Assembly (NCBI RefSeq): GCF_009834535.1
Contig: NC_045696.1
Location: 87,112,001-87,176,000, forward strand
Direction: 5' to 3'
From: Camelus ferus
Taxonomy: Eukaryota
DNA: 64,000 nucleotides
Positions 38,605 to 53,432 of this stretch are shown piece after piece (the stretch's first letter is position 1; each line of letters opens with the position of its first letter). The notes beneath the pieces are model-generated. The model was not told the DNA's origin and searched no databases. It saw nothing but the letters and a program-made list of their open reading frames with translations. The translations under genes were made by a program, and so were the position numbers.

Positions 38605-41600
38605 ATTATTTTTTTAACATTTTTTATTGATTTATAATCATTTTACAATGTGTCAAATTCCAGTGTTCAGCACAATTTTTCAGTCATTCATGGACATATA
38701 CACACTCATTGTCACATTTTTTTTCTCTGTGAGTTATCATAACATTTTGTGTATATTTCCCTGTGCTATACAGTGTAATCTTGTTTATCTATTCTACAAT
38801 TTTGAAATCCCAGTCTATCCCTTCCCACCCTCCACCCCCCTGGTAACCACAAGTCTGTATTCTCTGTCTGTGAGTCTATTTCTGTCCTGTATTTACGCTT
38901 TGTTTTTGTTTGTTTGTTTGTTTTTGTTTTTGTTTTTTAGATTCCACATATCAGCGATCTCATATGGTATTTTTCTTTCTCTTTCTGGCTTACTTCACTT
39001 AGAATGACATTCTCCAGGAGCATCCATGTTGCTGCTAATGGCATTATGTTGTCGGTTTTTATGGCTGAGTAGTATTCCATTGTATAAATATACCACTTCT
39101 GCTTTATCCAGTCACCTGTTGATGGACATTTAGGCTGTTTCCATGTTTTGGCTATTGTAAATAGTGCTGCTATGAACATTGGGGTGCAGGTGTCATCCTG
39201 AAGTAGATTTCCTTCTGGATACAAGCCCAGGAGTGGGATTCCTGGGTCATAGGGTAAGTCTATTCCTAGTCTTTTGAGGAATCTCCACACTGTTTTCCAT
39301 AGTGGCTGCACCAAACTGCATTCCCACCAGCAGTGTAGGAGGGTTCCCCTTTCTCCACAGCCTCTCCAGCATTTGTCATTTGTGGATTTTTGAATGACGG
39401 CCATTCTGACTGGTGTGAGGTGATACCTCATTGTAGTTTTGATTTGCATTTCTCTGATAATTAGTGATATGGAGCATTTTTTCATGTGCTTTTTGATCAT
39501 TTGTATGTCTTCCTTGGAGAATTGCTTGTTTAGGTCTTCTGCCCATTTTTGGATTGGGTTGTTTATTTTTTTCTTATTGAGTCGTATGAGCTGCTTATAT
39601 ATTCTGGAGATCAAGCCTTTGTCGGTTTCACTTGCAAAAATTTTCTCCCATTCCGTAGGTTTTCTTCTTGTTTTATTTCTGGTTTCCTTTGCTGTGCAGA
39701 AGCTTGTAAGTTTCATTAGGTCCCATCTGTTTATTCTTGCTTTTATTTCTTCTAGGAGAAAATTTTTGAGATGTATGTCAGATAGTGTTTTGCCTATGTT
39801 TTCCTCTAGGAGGTTTATTGTATCTTGTCTTATGTTTAAGTCTTTAATCCATTTTGAGTTGATTTTTGTATATGGTGTAAGGGAGTGTTCTAGCTTCATT
39901 GTTTTACATGCTGCTGTCCAGTTTTCCCAACACCATTTGCTGAAGAGACTGTCTTTATTCCAATGTATATTCTTGCCTCCTTTGTCAAAGATGAGTTGGC
40001 CAAAAGTTTGTGGGTTCATTTCTGGGCTCTCTATTCTGTTCCATTGGTCTATATGTCTGTTTTGGTACCAATACCATGCTGTCTTGATGACCGTAGCTCT
40101 GTAGTATTTCTGAAGTCTGGGAGAGTTATTCCTCCAGCCTCTTTCTTTCTCTTCAGTAATGCTTTGGCAATTCTAGGTCTTTGATGGTTCCATATGAATT
40201 TTATTATGATTTTTTCTAGTTCTGTGAAATATGTCCTGGGTAATTGGATAGGGATTGCATTAAATCTGTAGATTGCCTTGGGCAGTGTGACCATTTTAAC
40301 AATATTGATTCTTCCAATCCAAGAGCATGGAATATCTTTCCATTTTTTAAAGTCTTCTTTAATTTCCTTCATCAATGGTTTATAGTTTTCTGTGTATAAT
40401 TCTTTCACCTCCTTGGTTAGACTTATTCCCAGATATTTTATTACTTTGGGTGCTATTTTAAAGGGGATTGTTTCTTTACTTTCTTCTTCTGTTGATTTAT
40501 CGTTAGTGTAAAGAAATGCAACTGATTTTTGAACGTTAATTTTGTAACCTGCTACCTTGCTGAATTCTTCAATCAGCTCTAGTAGCTTTTGTGTGGACCT
40601 TTTAGGGTTTTCTATATATAGTAACATGTCATCAGCATATAATGACACTTCTACCTCTTGTTTTCCAATTTGGATCCCTTTTATTTCTTTCTCTTGCCTG
40701 ACTGCTGTGGCTAGGACTTCCAGGACTATGTTGAATAGGAGTGGTGATAGTGGGCATCCTTGTCTTGTCCCAGATTTTAGTGGGAAGCTTTTGAGTTTTT
40801 CACCGTTGAGTACTATGCTGGCTGTAGGTTTGTCACATATAGCTTTTATTATGTTGAGATACGTTCCCTCTATACCCACTTTGGCGAGAGTTTTTCTCAT
40901 AAATGGGTGTTGAATTTTATCAAATGCTTTTTCTGCATCGGTTGAGATGATCATGTGGTTTTTGTCCTTTCTCTTGTTGATGTGATGTATTACACTGATT
41001 GATTTGCGTATGTTGAACCAGCCTTGTGTCCCTGGGATGAACCCCACTTGGTCATGATGTATAATCTTTTTTATGTGTTGGATTCTATTTGCTAAAATTT
41101 TGGTGAGGATTTTGGCGTCTATGTTCATCAGTGATATTGGCCTATAATTCTCTTTTTTTGTAGTGTTTTTGCCTGGTTTTGGTATCAGGGTGATGGTGGC
41201 TTCATAGAATGAGTTTGGGAGTATTCCCTCCTTTTCAATCGTCTGGAAGAGTTTGAGAAGGACTGGTATGAGTTCTTCTTTGTATGTTTGGTAGAATTCC
41301 CTGGTGAAGCCGTCCGGTCCTGGACTTTTATTTGTAGGGAGGTTTTTAATTGCTATTTCTATTTCCTTTCTAGGGATCGGATTGTTCAAGTGTTCAGATT
41401 CTTCTTGATTCAGTTTTGGTGGACAGTATGTTTCCAGAAACTCGTCCATCTCCTCTAGGTTATCCAGTTTGGTTCCATATAGTGTTTCATAATATTCTCG
41501 TATGATATTCTGTATTTCTATTTTGTTTGTTGTAATTTCTCCATTTTCCTTTCTTATTTTGCTAATTTGTGCTCTCTCTTTTTTCTTCTTTGTGAGTTTG

Positions 41601-41605
41601 GCCAG
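38605..41605 (-). mobile_element. Young 5'-truncated LINE-1 (RT domain, C-terminus, 3' UTR) with 13-bp TSD
   Basis: ORFs 40049-41449 (RT, YADD) and 38937-40019; TSD GAATTTACTGTTT at 38592-38604 and 41606-41618; TT/AAAA-type target site. Confidence 0.97.
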
Positions 41606-41749
41606 GAATTTACTGTTTTTTAAAAAAGCAAAATAAAGGTTTGTTCTGAAGTAGAGATATTAACATGGACCACATCGACAAAACATGCCTAAGGTATCTT
41701 GGCAAGTTGCTATTCCTGAGACTGGAATTAATGGACTGCTCAGAGTAAT

Positions 41750-42210
41750 TCATTGATTCAAGAATAATGTATTGAATGCCAACTGTGTTCCAGGCATTGT
41801 TATGGGTACCAGGAATATTGTAGTAAATAAGGCAAAGAAAAAATAACTTTTATACTACCCTGGAACTTTCCTTTTAATTGGGGGGAGGCGTTGAGACAGA
41901 ACAATAATAATAAATATGTTTTAAATATGTCTGTCTAACTAGATATATAATTTATGAAGCAAATAACGTATGTAACTGATTCAAGGAATGCCTGGTGTGG
42001 TTTGAGTGGTACTACATTAGCTAGTTAGAGGGCTCGTAAGGCCTTTTCAGGAGAGGTGACATTTGAACTTAGAGATAAGTGATGGAAAGTAGGCAGAACT
42101 ATGAAGGAAAAAATATTTCAGCCAGATGAATAGTAAGGTTCAGAGGATGTGGCATATATTACAGTGACAGCCTGCTAGTATGGCTGAAGCTTAAAGGAGA
42201 AAGTTGTGGG
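41750..42210 (-). mobile_element. L2 3' fragment
   Basis: 'cattgattcaagaataatgtattgaatgccaactgtgttccaggcattgtt'; 'gaggtgacatttgaactta'. Confidence 0.7.
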
Positions 42211-44764
42211 AGATAGATTTTCTTATAATTTTTAAAGCAATTATTGTTTTAAATAGCTTATGTATCTCCACTGGAATGTTGTCACACTTCTTAATTTATT
42301 AAGCATTTTTCTTTCAGATAGACAGTGTAAATATGCATTTAAATATAAACTCTATATGAATTTTAGACCGCTTCTACCAAACCATACCATTTCTTTCTGA
42401 AGTATTTCAGTTATTTGAAACATTTGCTCAGAGTGCTCACCAAAAGCTTTTGCTTTGCCATTTTGCTAGTCTGATGTTCTGCCACTGTCTTCTTCACCTT
42501 TTTCTTTCCTGTCTAACTTTGCTTCCTCTTATTTAGTCCCTTCTCAAGACCTGCCATGTATCCTGTCTTGGTCACAACCATTTTGATTGGATTTTAGTAT
42601 CTGTTTTGGCCTGCTTGCTGTACTAATCAGTAATTGTTTAGATTGGAAGGTAGCAAATTACTGCTCCAGTAAACCTCTTTAAAGATTAAAGTTTAAATTT
42701 TAAAGTTTGTTTTCTTATTTTCCCATTGAAAAATCATAGGGTCCTTAAAGTTGGAGAAAGTTGCATAAGTCTGTTTGGAAACTACATGGACTACTTGATC
42801 CCTTAGGCTCTAGTGTAATAGGTTTTTCACTCCACACACACGTATTTAATGCAAAGGCATGTACAAAGTTCTTGGGATACACTTGCAAATAAAGGAAAAT
42901 AAATAACCTGTTCTCACGGCAGTTATATTCTCAAGGAATGAGGCAGATTAAATGCCATAAACATCATGTATAACTGTTACATACTTTTAGAATGAAGTGC
43001 TATGGAAAAAAGACAAAAAAATCCCAACTCAAGGTTTATGATTGTGTATATATGTGGTATTTGTTTCAATTACAAACAGAATAGTCATAGTATATATATT
43101 GGAGATGATGATATTTGAGCCAAGACCGAAAAAAAAAAAAAAAACCTGTTTTATTCAGCTCATGTTAAAGAAGCTAGATAACTGAGTGGTACAATTATAA
43201 CTCAGTATTCTCTGCCAGTAGAAAATGTGTCTGGAAGACAGACATAAATAAGAGCATTTGCAATTATTTTAAATATAAGTTACAAATGCAGTTTTTGCAA
43301 TAGTCATTTCCTCTGACTGTTAGAAAATTATAGCTTTTGTTTCCTTAACCTTAGATTGTGTCCTTTACTAAGAAAATTCAATTTCATGGATGTCATTTTT
43401 CAAGAATGAACAGTTTTTAGTGAAATAAATTGCAGTCGTTTCCTCAATTCTTTCAATAAATTAGAAACTAAAATTCAAGCCAGTTTATATAACAAAAATT
43501 AGTTTGGTAGGTGAAATTTCATAAAAATCTGTCAGTGTTATATGTATGTGAGTGTCAATGGTGTATATGTATATATATCCAAGTATTTTATTGAAATCAA
43601 AAAAAATCTGAAACTGTATACATAATTTCATTAGATTTTTGCTTTATTTCGTTAACAGGTGCTATCAACAATTAATTCAAATTACTTGAAAAAGGTCATT
43701 TATCATCTAACTCACTGTAGAAAATGAAGAATTTAGGTGTATTTCAGTTGTATGTTTTTCATATAGAAAGTAATTTCTCAACTTGAATTAGAAAATACTA
43801 ATTCACAAATTAAATAAGGACAGTTTTCTGAGTCTCACATTAATAATTGGAATATCTTTGGCTTCATTTTTTATGAAGAAGGCAGTTTACTTCAGCACTG
43901 TATGTTTGGGTGATAGAATCAAATATGAACACACTATAGAAAGTTAAGGTTGCAAGACTAACTCATCACGTATTGTGGTGCCTTGTGGAACTAATTTTGG
44001 TTGTGTTTTATACAAATGCTATTATACTTTATATATGAGCCGTGTTCTAAACTCTTACGACTAGTTACTTCCTTAAACACAATGATTTGTTGATTAATAT
44101 TTAAAGCAATTTTGTTTGCTAATTTTAAGTAATGCAATGCTGATTTTAATTCTGCAATGCCAATTCACATTTGTTTCCTGATTTAGAACAGTCACCTTCA
44201 AATTGTTAAATGTTTTCAGATCTAAGCAATTCCTAGAAATAGGGAATATACATTATAATATTTTATCATGTTATTTTAGTCAAAATATCTATAGCTAAAA
44301 TATATTAACATATGGAAATGAGAATTTGAAAGAATATTTTAATGTGGCGAATAGGAGTGTATCTTAAGAAAATACTTATTTATACTCCATAATACTGTTT
44401 AGGAAATTACCCCCCAGACTTTAAAAAGGATGTGATACTCTTTTGCAGAAATATGTGTTCTAGCCTGTTACTGGCTTGTTGACCTCCTAAAGCCCTAATA
44501 AAATATCTTAGTGTCTAGTTTTAAAAGAATGTCTTTAATGGATAGAATGATGATTCTGTCATTCTATTCCCAATTATCCTTAAATGTGCGTCTTCATTTG
44601 ACTGAAAAGTGTGTGGAGTGCTACTGCTCATGAAGAGGAATGTCCTTTCTAAAGTCTCTATAAAATTTTAGGGTTGTGTTTCTCGAACATTGTGATGTGT
44701 AAGAAGGCAGCTGGAACTTGGGATCAGATAACTTGAACTAAGAGACTTAGATTTTAATGTGATC

Positions 44765-45060
44765 CCAGTAAATATAGCAATAATCTTTAAAAAATGAAGC
44801 TAGTCAAGTAGACACTGAAGTTCATACAGAGAAATAAACATTGGACAATAGCTAGGTATGCACTAAAAGGGAAAATATATAAGGAAGTAAATGGTTTTAC
44901 CAGATATTACAACATACTGTACAGGCTCTGTGATTAGTGTGGTACAGGCATGTGACTAAAGGTCTAGATAGACTGAACTTCCTATAGAAATCCATTATAT
45001 GGTAAAGATTTCAAAGATCGTATTTTTCCAACAGCTGGACTGACATTTGGAAAAAAATAA
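44765..45060 (+). mobile_element. Old L1 ORF2 fragment
   Basis: Degenerate LKFIW/RIAK/VWYW-region sequence ('ctgaagttcata', 'gtgtggtacaggcat'). Confidence 0.5.
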
Positions 45061-46879
45061 ATAAATGCCTCATTCTCATTAGCTTTCTATATTTCCTATT
45101 CAGAGTTAATACAACATTGATTTATTTGTACTTTCCTTTTCCTTAATCAATGCATTTTCCCATTGTTGTACTCTAGCTGTATTCTGTTGGTTGATATGGA
45201 TGGTACTTAACTTCACTCTTACCCTAAGCAATCTGTTACATTATGCTTAAAACTCTGATGCAGTTTTAGAATATTTAACAGACACTTATCCGTGGGAAAT
45301 GGTTAGCTCACATGTTATAAACCATTCAAGATTAGCTAATAATATTCACATAGAAATAGCATATAATTCACCAGTGCTTGAAATTGAACACTCTATTGAG
45401 GGCGTTTTTAGTTCACTCTATTTAGGGTATTTTTAGTTATGTTAGAAAGAATATATTTTATTCAATTCAATTGAAATGATGCACTTAATATTTTGGTGTT
45501 GTAGCACAAAATAAATGTTAAAAAGCTATTATTTTCAAATAGATTCTAAAGAATACAGTTGTAAAATTGATAGTAACTTTGATACCTGTCTCTCCTAAAG
45601 GGTGTTCTGCACTTCCCTCTTCATATATATTATACTGAGAAAAATATTAATGTTCATCCATTGTTTATGTGGCTTGGCTTATTCTCAGTTTTATTTGGTT
45701 TATATGAAACATTTGTGTTGCTACATTGTTCTTCAAATTTTCTGAAACATACTAGTTAACAAGATGTCATGCCACTGCTATAGTGAATTTAGCATTTTAG
45801 AATAAAAGAGAGATGTGAATAATTACAATATCAAGATAACCTTATGTTATCCCTTCCTAAAATGCTAACACTGCACTGCATTTTCATTCATTGCTGAAAA
45901 TTAGAGTTGAGAAATGAAAGAACACGATTTACACTGTATGTAGAAAAGTTGTTGAAAATATCACTGAAGGCCTTCATTAACATATATGGAGTTGTTTTTG
46001 TTGAAGACACCAAGTTGAAGCAGTTTGCCTTTTCCTGCTAATTTTAATTACTGCCTTTGTGAATTTCTTTACGACTGCCAAATTTTCAAGTAATGATGTG
46101 TTCTGTAATGGCATTCATCAGGTTGTCATTCATTTTGTGAAGTTAAAACTAATTGGCAATGCTTTTAAGAGCAGCTTGTTAAAAAAAAAATCCTTTAGAT
46201 AGATGTGTTAGCAGTGGGGGAAAAAAAAGCCTCAAACTGCCCAGCAAACAGATGGTTCAATAAAAATAAAATAAATTGCATGTTTGCCAAGCTACATGCA
46301 TTCCCTTGACATGTGAAAAAAAGGAAATGGTAATATGTCTGTAGTTTGAAGAATCTACTGTTTAAGGCATGAATTCTGAATTTCATAATTTTTAACAAAA
46401 AGTAACATAACCATAGATCCTTTTGAAGGTTAAACAAGTGTATACTGAATATTTCATCATGCAAGTATCATATAGCTATCAGGAAGCTCTGGAAGATTAT
46501 GTGCAGTCATTTCTCAGTACTTCACATACGATTCTCAATTCTATAGATTTATACATTGACTGGATATATTCCAAACCCATAACTGACGTTAAGGAAGCCA
46601 TTGATTCTTCAGTTAACTAAAGTCCTTGATAAATATGCTGTACTGTTTTGGAAACTAACAGAGATAGGTTTATCCTTCACAGGGCAGAGCCAGATAGCGT
46701 GGGGGAGGAACCAGCCCAGATATATGTTCCTTATCTCTCTTGAACCCAAGATGCTTAAAGTGACCTCAATTTCCTGATTAAAATTCACTCCACTAATAAA
46801 TCCATAATAAAAAACTGATGTACACAAAGAAACATTCTTACTTGGAAATTAAGGAAGGCACTGCTAGGGAAACCTACGT

Positions 46880-47060
46880 GATGGTTCTTCAGTTGTGATC
46901 CCTGATTCAGCAGCATTAGATCACCTGGGGACTTGTTCGACATGTACATTATTGGATCTCACTCCAAATCTACTTAGAGTCTCTGGGACTGGGCCAACAT
47001 TTGTGTTTTTACACACTCTTCAGGTGACTGTGAAACATACTAAATTTTGAGAGGCACTGC
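46880..47060. mobile_element. MER5A hAT MITE
   Basis: 'cagcagcattagatcacctggggacttgtt...caggtgactgtga...tttgagaggcactg'. Confidence 0.75.
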
Positions 47061-50000
47061 CACAGACCAAATGAACCTTAAAAAAAAATTTCTTCTGTAA
47101 AATAATGAATATTATATTTTATGAAACAGTGAAATCTATACTCAGGTTGAAAAGATTGACATCTTTTAAAGGCTCAAAATTGATACTTAAAATATAAATT
47201 ATAGCTTAAAATATTTAAGGTCATATGAGGTCACATAAAAGGATAATTACCTCCTCAGTTCTTTTTAGGAATTCAGCGTAACAGTGATAGCAAAGTATAG
47301 ATAACAAATATAGATAACACTTACATGTGTTGCCCCTTTAAGCTGGAAATAAAGCAAACCTGAAAAAGATAAAATTAATACATAAACGAATGTAAGAAAT
47401 GCCAGTTGTTAAAATGATGTTTGCAGAGACTCAAGAAACACAAAATAAATAGAATTCAATTTTAGTTGACTTAATATTAGTTTTCTGTGCCTTTTCCTCC
47501 TGATGAAATGTTGCATTAAGTTAAAGCTCATGATCCTGGTTTTCCTGAGAACTAGATACTTAACAATCTATCTCTGAATAACCTGGTGTATTAAAGTGTA
47601 TGGATAATATGTGAAAATTAATTTAAGATATCCCTTTATTTTTTAATAGGAAAATAATTTAAAACGAGGATCTGGTTATAAAATATGCATGGCCTGGCTT
47701 CAGGAGAATTTGCCTGCTGCATTACCAAATATTTTCTCTAACTTGTTAATCTGTGTATGATCTACACTTGAAGCTGTATACAAAGTTTAGTTTATGAGAA
47801 TAGACTGCATTTACATTGAAAGCTATAAGATGATTTGAGACATATAGGATAAGTCTAATTTTGCTTCTATTAATAACCTTTTCCCATTTTTGCCAATTTG
47901 TTGTTGGTACTTAAGAGTTTAATTATTTAGAACACAGTTATCATTCCGGGAAAATATACTCTCCTAGAGAGAGTAAGTTGTTGACTTTTACAAATCTTAA
48001 GTGATCTTTCAAGTTATAGAAAAGGCAGAATATATAACTTAAAACAATGGATAGAGTACAAAAAATTTTAGGAATATGATAAAGTTCCAAGAGCAATTTA
48101 GGTGACTGATGTCATTATAGAATATTAGTTATGACATATTTAAGTAGTTTGAAATTCAGTATATTTGATAATAATGCTAAAAACTAGAAATGGTATATTA
48201 CTGGTATGTTGTCAAAACTCAATACTTTTGAAAGGAACTGGAAAGAAATGAAGAATGAGTTAAAATGTGAGCTACCTTTAGATGTGTATTTTTCCTTTGA
48301 TCTCTACTTAACAAAATGTTACATTACTTGTAAACATTCACAAAATAATTTGAAGAAAAGTAACTTCTGTGACTAGTTATGATAACAAGACAATTGTTAA
48401 GATTAAGAATATTTGTCTCTGCTAGTAATTAATGCAGGCTGTTTATAAGTTTAAATACATTGAAGTTGGGTAGAGTTAAACTTTTTTTTCCAGAAGCTTC
48501 TCAGATGAAATATTAAAATTAAATTACATGGATCTCTTGTTCAAAAGAAAATAATATAAAATAGTTATTGAGGGTTTTTCTTTACTATTAATCATAATCT
48601 GGCATTAAATTTGCTTCAGGTATAAATACTATAGAAATATAAACACTTTTAAAATGAAGTATTAGATGTATTAAAATTTTTCAAATATAAAAGAAGAATA
48701 TTAGACACAGGAATGTATGAGAAGGATGTTTGTATGCAGTCTTAATTTTATTTGATTGACTTAACATAACTGTTAAACTTATAACATTTGGCTAACTTTA
48801 AATCATTAAGGTATAAAGATGTACATATATACAGGAATATATACATATATTCATATATGTATGCATACATATGTGTAGGTAATATGTAAGAATTAACATT
48901 CCTTCAAAACTTGTACTGAGATTACTGATGTCAATATTTTGTAATTTAAATATAGCTGATTATAAAAGCCTATCCATTACAAAAAATTTCCTCATGGCTT
49001 ACTGAATTAACCTGTGCATGTAAATTTTCACCATTAAGTTGAATTCAGTGTGCCATTTCTCCTCAGACTTAGATAAACACCATGAGCCCATCACAGATGG
49101 TGGTAATAGTCCCATCAATGACAATGGAGTCACTTGTTATGACAAAATATTAGGTCAAAACCACCCAGCGAAGTAAAATGGCATCCCATCAATTTCTATA
49201 ACACCTTAGATATGCTCAACAATAGGCTATCACAGCAATAATTACACAATAACTGATCACTGAAATGGTAATGCTATTAAATCTAGACAGCAAGGGGAAT
49301 GTGATAACATAAGGCTATAAAATATGGTGCTTCAGTTATATTAGGAGTTATACGTTAACGGCTCAACTAAGGTAACATAAAGAGCCTCAATTATTACATA
49401 ATACCAAATAATTATATGAAAGTATTAGCATAAAAACAGTTTGTTCATACATTATTCTAATATAATTTTAATGAAGAAGTTTTATCGCATAATTTGGAAA
49501 TATTTTCACCAATGAATGTGTTTGGTCCAAATTTGGTTTTAAAGGTCAAAAGTAATTAAAAGAGCTGTACATAAATCATCATCTAGCATATCATTGCACT
49601 TTATGGTATTAGTCCAGTCATTTAAGAAAGAAAGCTCTTACCCAAAATATAAAATGGAAGGAAATGGGAGGGAAAAAAGTGTAATTTGCGAATATGCTAT
49701 TAAAATGGTTCATGAACAAGTTCTGAATTGCATTTAACTATGCCAGCCTCCAGTATAATGGTGACTGAGCTTAGGTAATAATCATAATCTGCTTGACATT
49801 AAGACCTTATGCTGCCATTATCAGTTGTAAAGCGTTACAGGTTACACATCACTTAGTTGTCTGAGCCTGCATCACACGCTCTAGGGGCACTGTCACCAGT
49901 CAGTAACAGATAGCCAACTTGGACTTTGTGTTTTCTGAAAAATTGAGTAGAAAAGTTGAATATATTACTTAGCATAACATTGAAATATCTTAAGCAAAGT

Positions 50001-51240
50001 AAAATACAACACTTCGCATAAGTATATTTTATTTGTGTGGGGTTTTTTTTGGCTCATTCATTTGTTTTTGATATGAGAAAAGTATTAAAACTTTGTCATA
50101 AAAATAATTTTAGTATGTAAAGTGTTGGATCAACTTCTTGCAGTTTTATCATTTATTTAGTCCCCCATCCTAGGCACCTGGCAATCATCTGAATTAGCTA
50201 AACCTTGTCTTTTACCTAATAATTCCATATCTCTGTCCCCAAGTTTTATTGGTTTTATATTTTTAACATTTTTTTCAAAGCTATTTCCATGTCTACTGTT
50301 AATACTGTAATTAAATGAAACGTGATAGGACTTGATTTGTACTACTTAGCAGTCATAACTTCTCTTCCAGTCTCCATTCTAGCTTTATTCAGTTACATCC
50401 TTTATGTGTCCTCTAGGAAGACACATCTAAAACAAAACCATCTTTAGGTGGTTTCCCCATTACTTTGAGCATGATACACATTTGATCACCTATTTCAGTG
50501 GTTCTAAAACATTACTGTGCATATGAATCACTTGGTGAACTTGTTAGATTCGTTTTACTTGCTAGATTTCAGAGCTTAACCCTCAGAAAGTCAAATCAAG
50601 TAGTAGTGTCAATGTGGGGTCAGAATCTATATTTTGATGAACACCCACTGTGCCCTGGATGACCTGGCTACCTCACCCCTGGTAGTTTCTCACTATTTGA
50701 CATATTTTAAGCTTAATATTACAAAATTGTAGTACTCCCTCTTCCTTGATGCTGAGGGATGCCAAAAAAAGTATACAGATGAACAAAAATTATGTCTATA
50801 ATAAGTGTTAGGAAGAAATCAGAAGAAGACAGAATTATGCGTATTTTTTTTTTTTTTTATGAGGTGGTCAGGAAAGGCCTCTTTGTGGAGGTGATTTTGA
50901 CTTGAGATCCTAATGAAGTAAAGAAAAGCCATATTAACATCTGTATTAAAACCATTCTGGACAGAGACAAAGGTCCTAAATCTGGAGTTCAGTGGAAAAT
51001 GGGTTGTAAAAGGAGGCACAGTTTGAGATTCAGGATGAGACATTCATCTTTTAGGGCTGGATGATAGAGCTTTTAGGTAAAGAATACCTAAAATGCTAGG
51101 TAAAAAAAAAAAACAAACAACTATTGAATTTTTCTGAGAGGATCCCTAGTACCTAACATTTCAAACAAGTTTGCAAAGGTGTTATGATGTATCATATGAT
51201 TAATAATTTTATGAATTTTTACTGGGAAGACATTGTAGAA

Positions 51241-51420
51241 GAGTGGCTCTCAAGTGTTGGCAAGCATCAGAGCTGGTGAAAACATTTTTGTTATGCCTCA
51301 TCTCCACAAAGTTTTCCAAATCAGTCATTTTAGGAATTGGGCCTGAGAATTTGCATTTCTAACAAATTCCCAGGTGATGCTAATCTTACTGGTCCAGGGA
51401 TCACATTTTGAAAACCACTG
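51241..51420. mobile_element. MER5A hAT MITE
   Basis: 'gggcctgagaatttgcatttctaacaaattcccaggtgatgct...ggatcacattttgaaaaccactg'. Confidence 0.85.
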
Positions 51421-51488
51421 TTGAAGAATTTTGAGCCAGGTAACAACAAAGACGAGTTTATAATTTCATAGTGTCTGTAGGCTGACTA

Positions 51489-51528
51489 GGAGGTAAGTTA
51501 TAGCCTAGGGAGGTAAGTTATAGCCTAG
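51489..51528. repeat. Perfect 20-bp tandem duplication
   Basis: ggaggtaagttatagcctag x2. Confidence 0.95.
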
Positions 51529-52426
51529 GGACAATTCCTTGCAAAAAGAATATACTTCCTGAATCATCAAGTGATGAAGGATGGATTCCTTTTTTGAAGT
51601 TAAAAATGATAGGGCTGGCAGTGAGGCTGCAGTGTGACAGTGAAAGGAAGGTGGAAAGAGAAGAGCTCAGATGCTGGCAGGAGGCAAATCAAGACAGAGC
51701 AAGATCCTTCAGGGCCTGGTAGGCCATGTTAATTACAAAATTAAAATAGTCTCCTGAATGTTGTAAACTTTTACATGCATTCACTTAACTAACTGTACAA
51801 TAATCACTTGAAGTAGGTAGAAGTTAATACCTCCCATGAGAATATGAAGGGTTTTTATTGAACTGAATTCTTGACATTTTATCAAATAGATTTAGGAGAC
51901 ATCTTTGAGATATACTGACACTTAAAGACAGTGTTAGTTTAGCCTTATCAGAGGATTGGGAGCACAAAGTAGCCTAGAAGCAGAAAATGGAAGCAAGTAA
52001 GAAGAGAGACCACAAAATACTGATAAAACCCAAAAGATATTGATAATTCTCAAAGAAACAGTATTATTCATCAATGTTTCAATCCTATTTATGATCTCTT
52101 ATAATCAGGGTTGGTGAAAAATAAAAGTAAAAGAAAGATGGCCAGGTGTAACATGAGACATTTTATTATGTGTACATATCCAAGTTTATTAGTCATGGAT
52201 TCATTAACATATAATCTTTGAGGAAAAAATGTGGCTATTTGGTAAAATTGCATATAAATAGGCTGAGAGAATACAGGTATGTACTTTATTGAAAGTCATG
52301 TGTTTTCATATTTCTTATCTATTATTTATTGAGTACATAGCTTTTCAAAGCTAGGAGTGGAAATCTTAAAAAAAAAAATTAAAATGCCCTAAATAGAAAA
52401 CATTAGATGTCTTATTAATTTGTTTT

Positions 52427-52703
52427 TCTTATTGAAGTATAGTTGATACACAATGTTAGCCTCTGGTGTACAACATACTGATTTAGTTATATACGTATAT
52501 ATGTTTTCTTTTATATTTTTCATTATGGGTTATTACAAGATACTGAATGTAGTTCCCTGTGCTATACAGTAGGACCTTGTTGTTTATCTACTCTGTACAT
52601 AGTAGTTTGTATCTGCCAATCCAAAAACTACTTTATCCCTCCCTACCTTTCCCCTTTGGTAACCTTGAGTTTGTTTTCTATGTCTGAGAGTCTCTTTCTG
52701 TTT
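52427..52703 (-). mobile_element. Short L1 3' end insertion with ~19-bp TSD
   Basis: L1 3' UTR 'ttattgaagtatagttgat'; flanks tgtcttattaatttgtttt (52408-52426) and tgtcttattaatgtgtttt (52704-52722). Confidence 0.85.
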
Positions 52704-53432
52704 TGTCTTATTAATGTGTTTTAATACATGCAGCTTGGACAGGGAAATTGGAAAGTACTTTCATGTTACTCCACTTGTCCAGTATTCTGCCTCACACATA
52801 CATACTCTACATAGATGGAGTGGTTTTCAGTATGCGTCTACATTCAGTATTCTGCATGAATTTCTTTTGTAAGAGGAAGCATTGAGAGATTAAACTAAAA
52901 TAATAGCCACATGACAAGGAACAAAAAGAAAGAAAGGAATAGGGGAATTAAAATAGCTCTTTTTAAGAATATGCCAATTTTTTTTTTACTGTAACCATAA
53001 ATTTTAATGTAGATGCTTGCATTTGACTAGTGCCAAGAAGTCCCATTACTCTAAGTCACCCCAAGCATATTCAGCACATCTTGCTCGAGGCTTTTTTTTT
53101 TTTTTTTTAACATTTTTTATTGATTTATAATCATTTTACAATGTTGTGTCAAATTCCAGTGTTCAGCACAATTTTTCAGTTATTCATGGACATATACACA
53201 CTCATTGTCACATTTTTTTTCTCTGTGAGTTATCATAACATTTTGTGTATATTTCCCTGTGCTATACAGTGTAATCTTGTTTATCTATTCTACAATTTTG
53301 AAATCCCAGTCTATCCCTTCCCACCCTCCACCCCCCTGGTAACCACAAGTCTGTATTCTCTGTCTGTGAGTCTATTTCTGTCCTGTATTTACGCTTTGTT
53401 TTTGTTTGTTTGTTTGTTTTTGTTTTTGTTTT

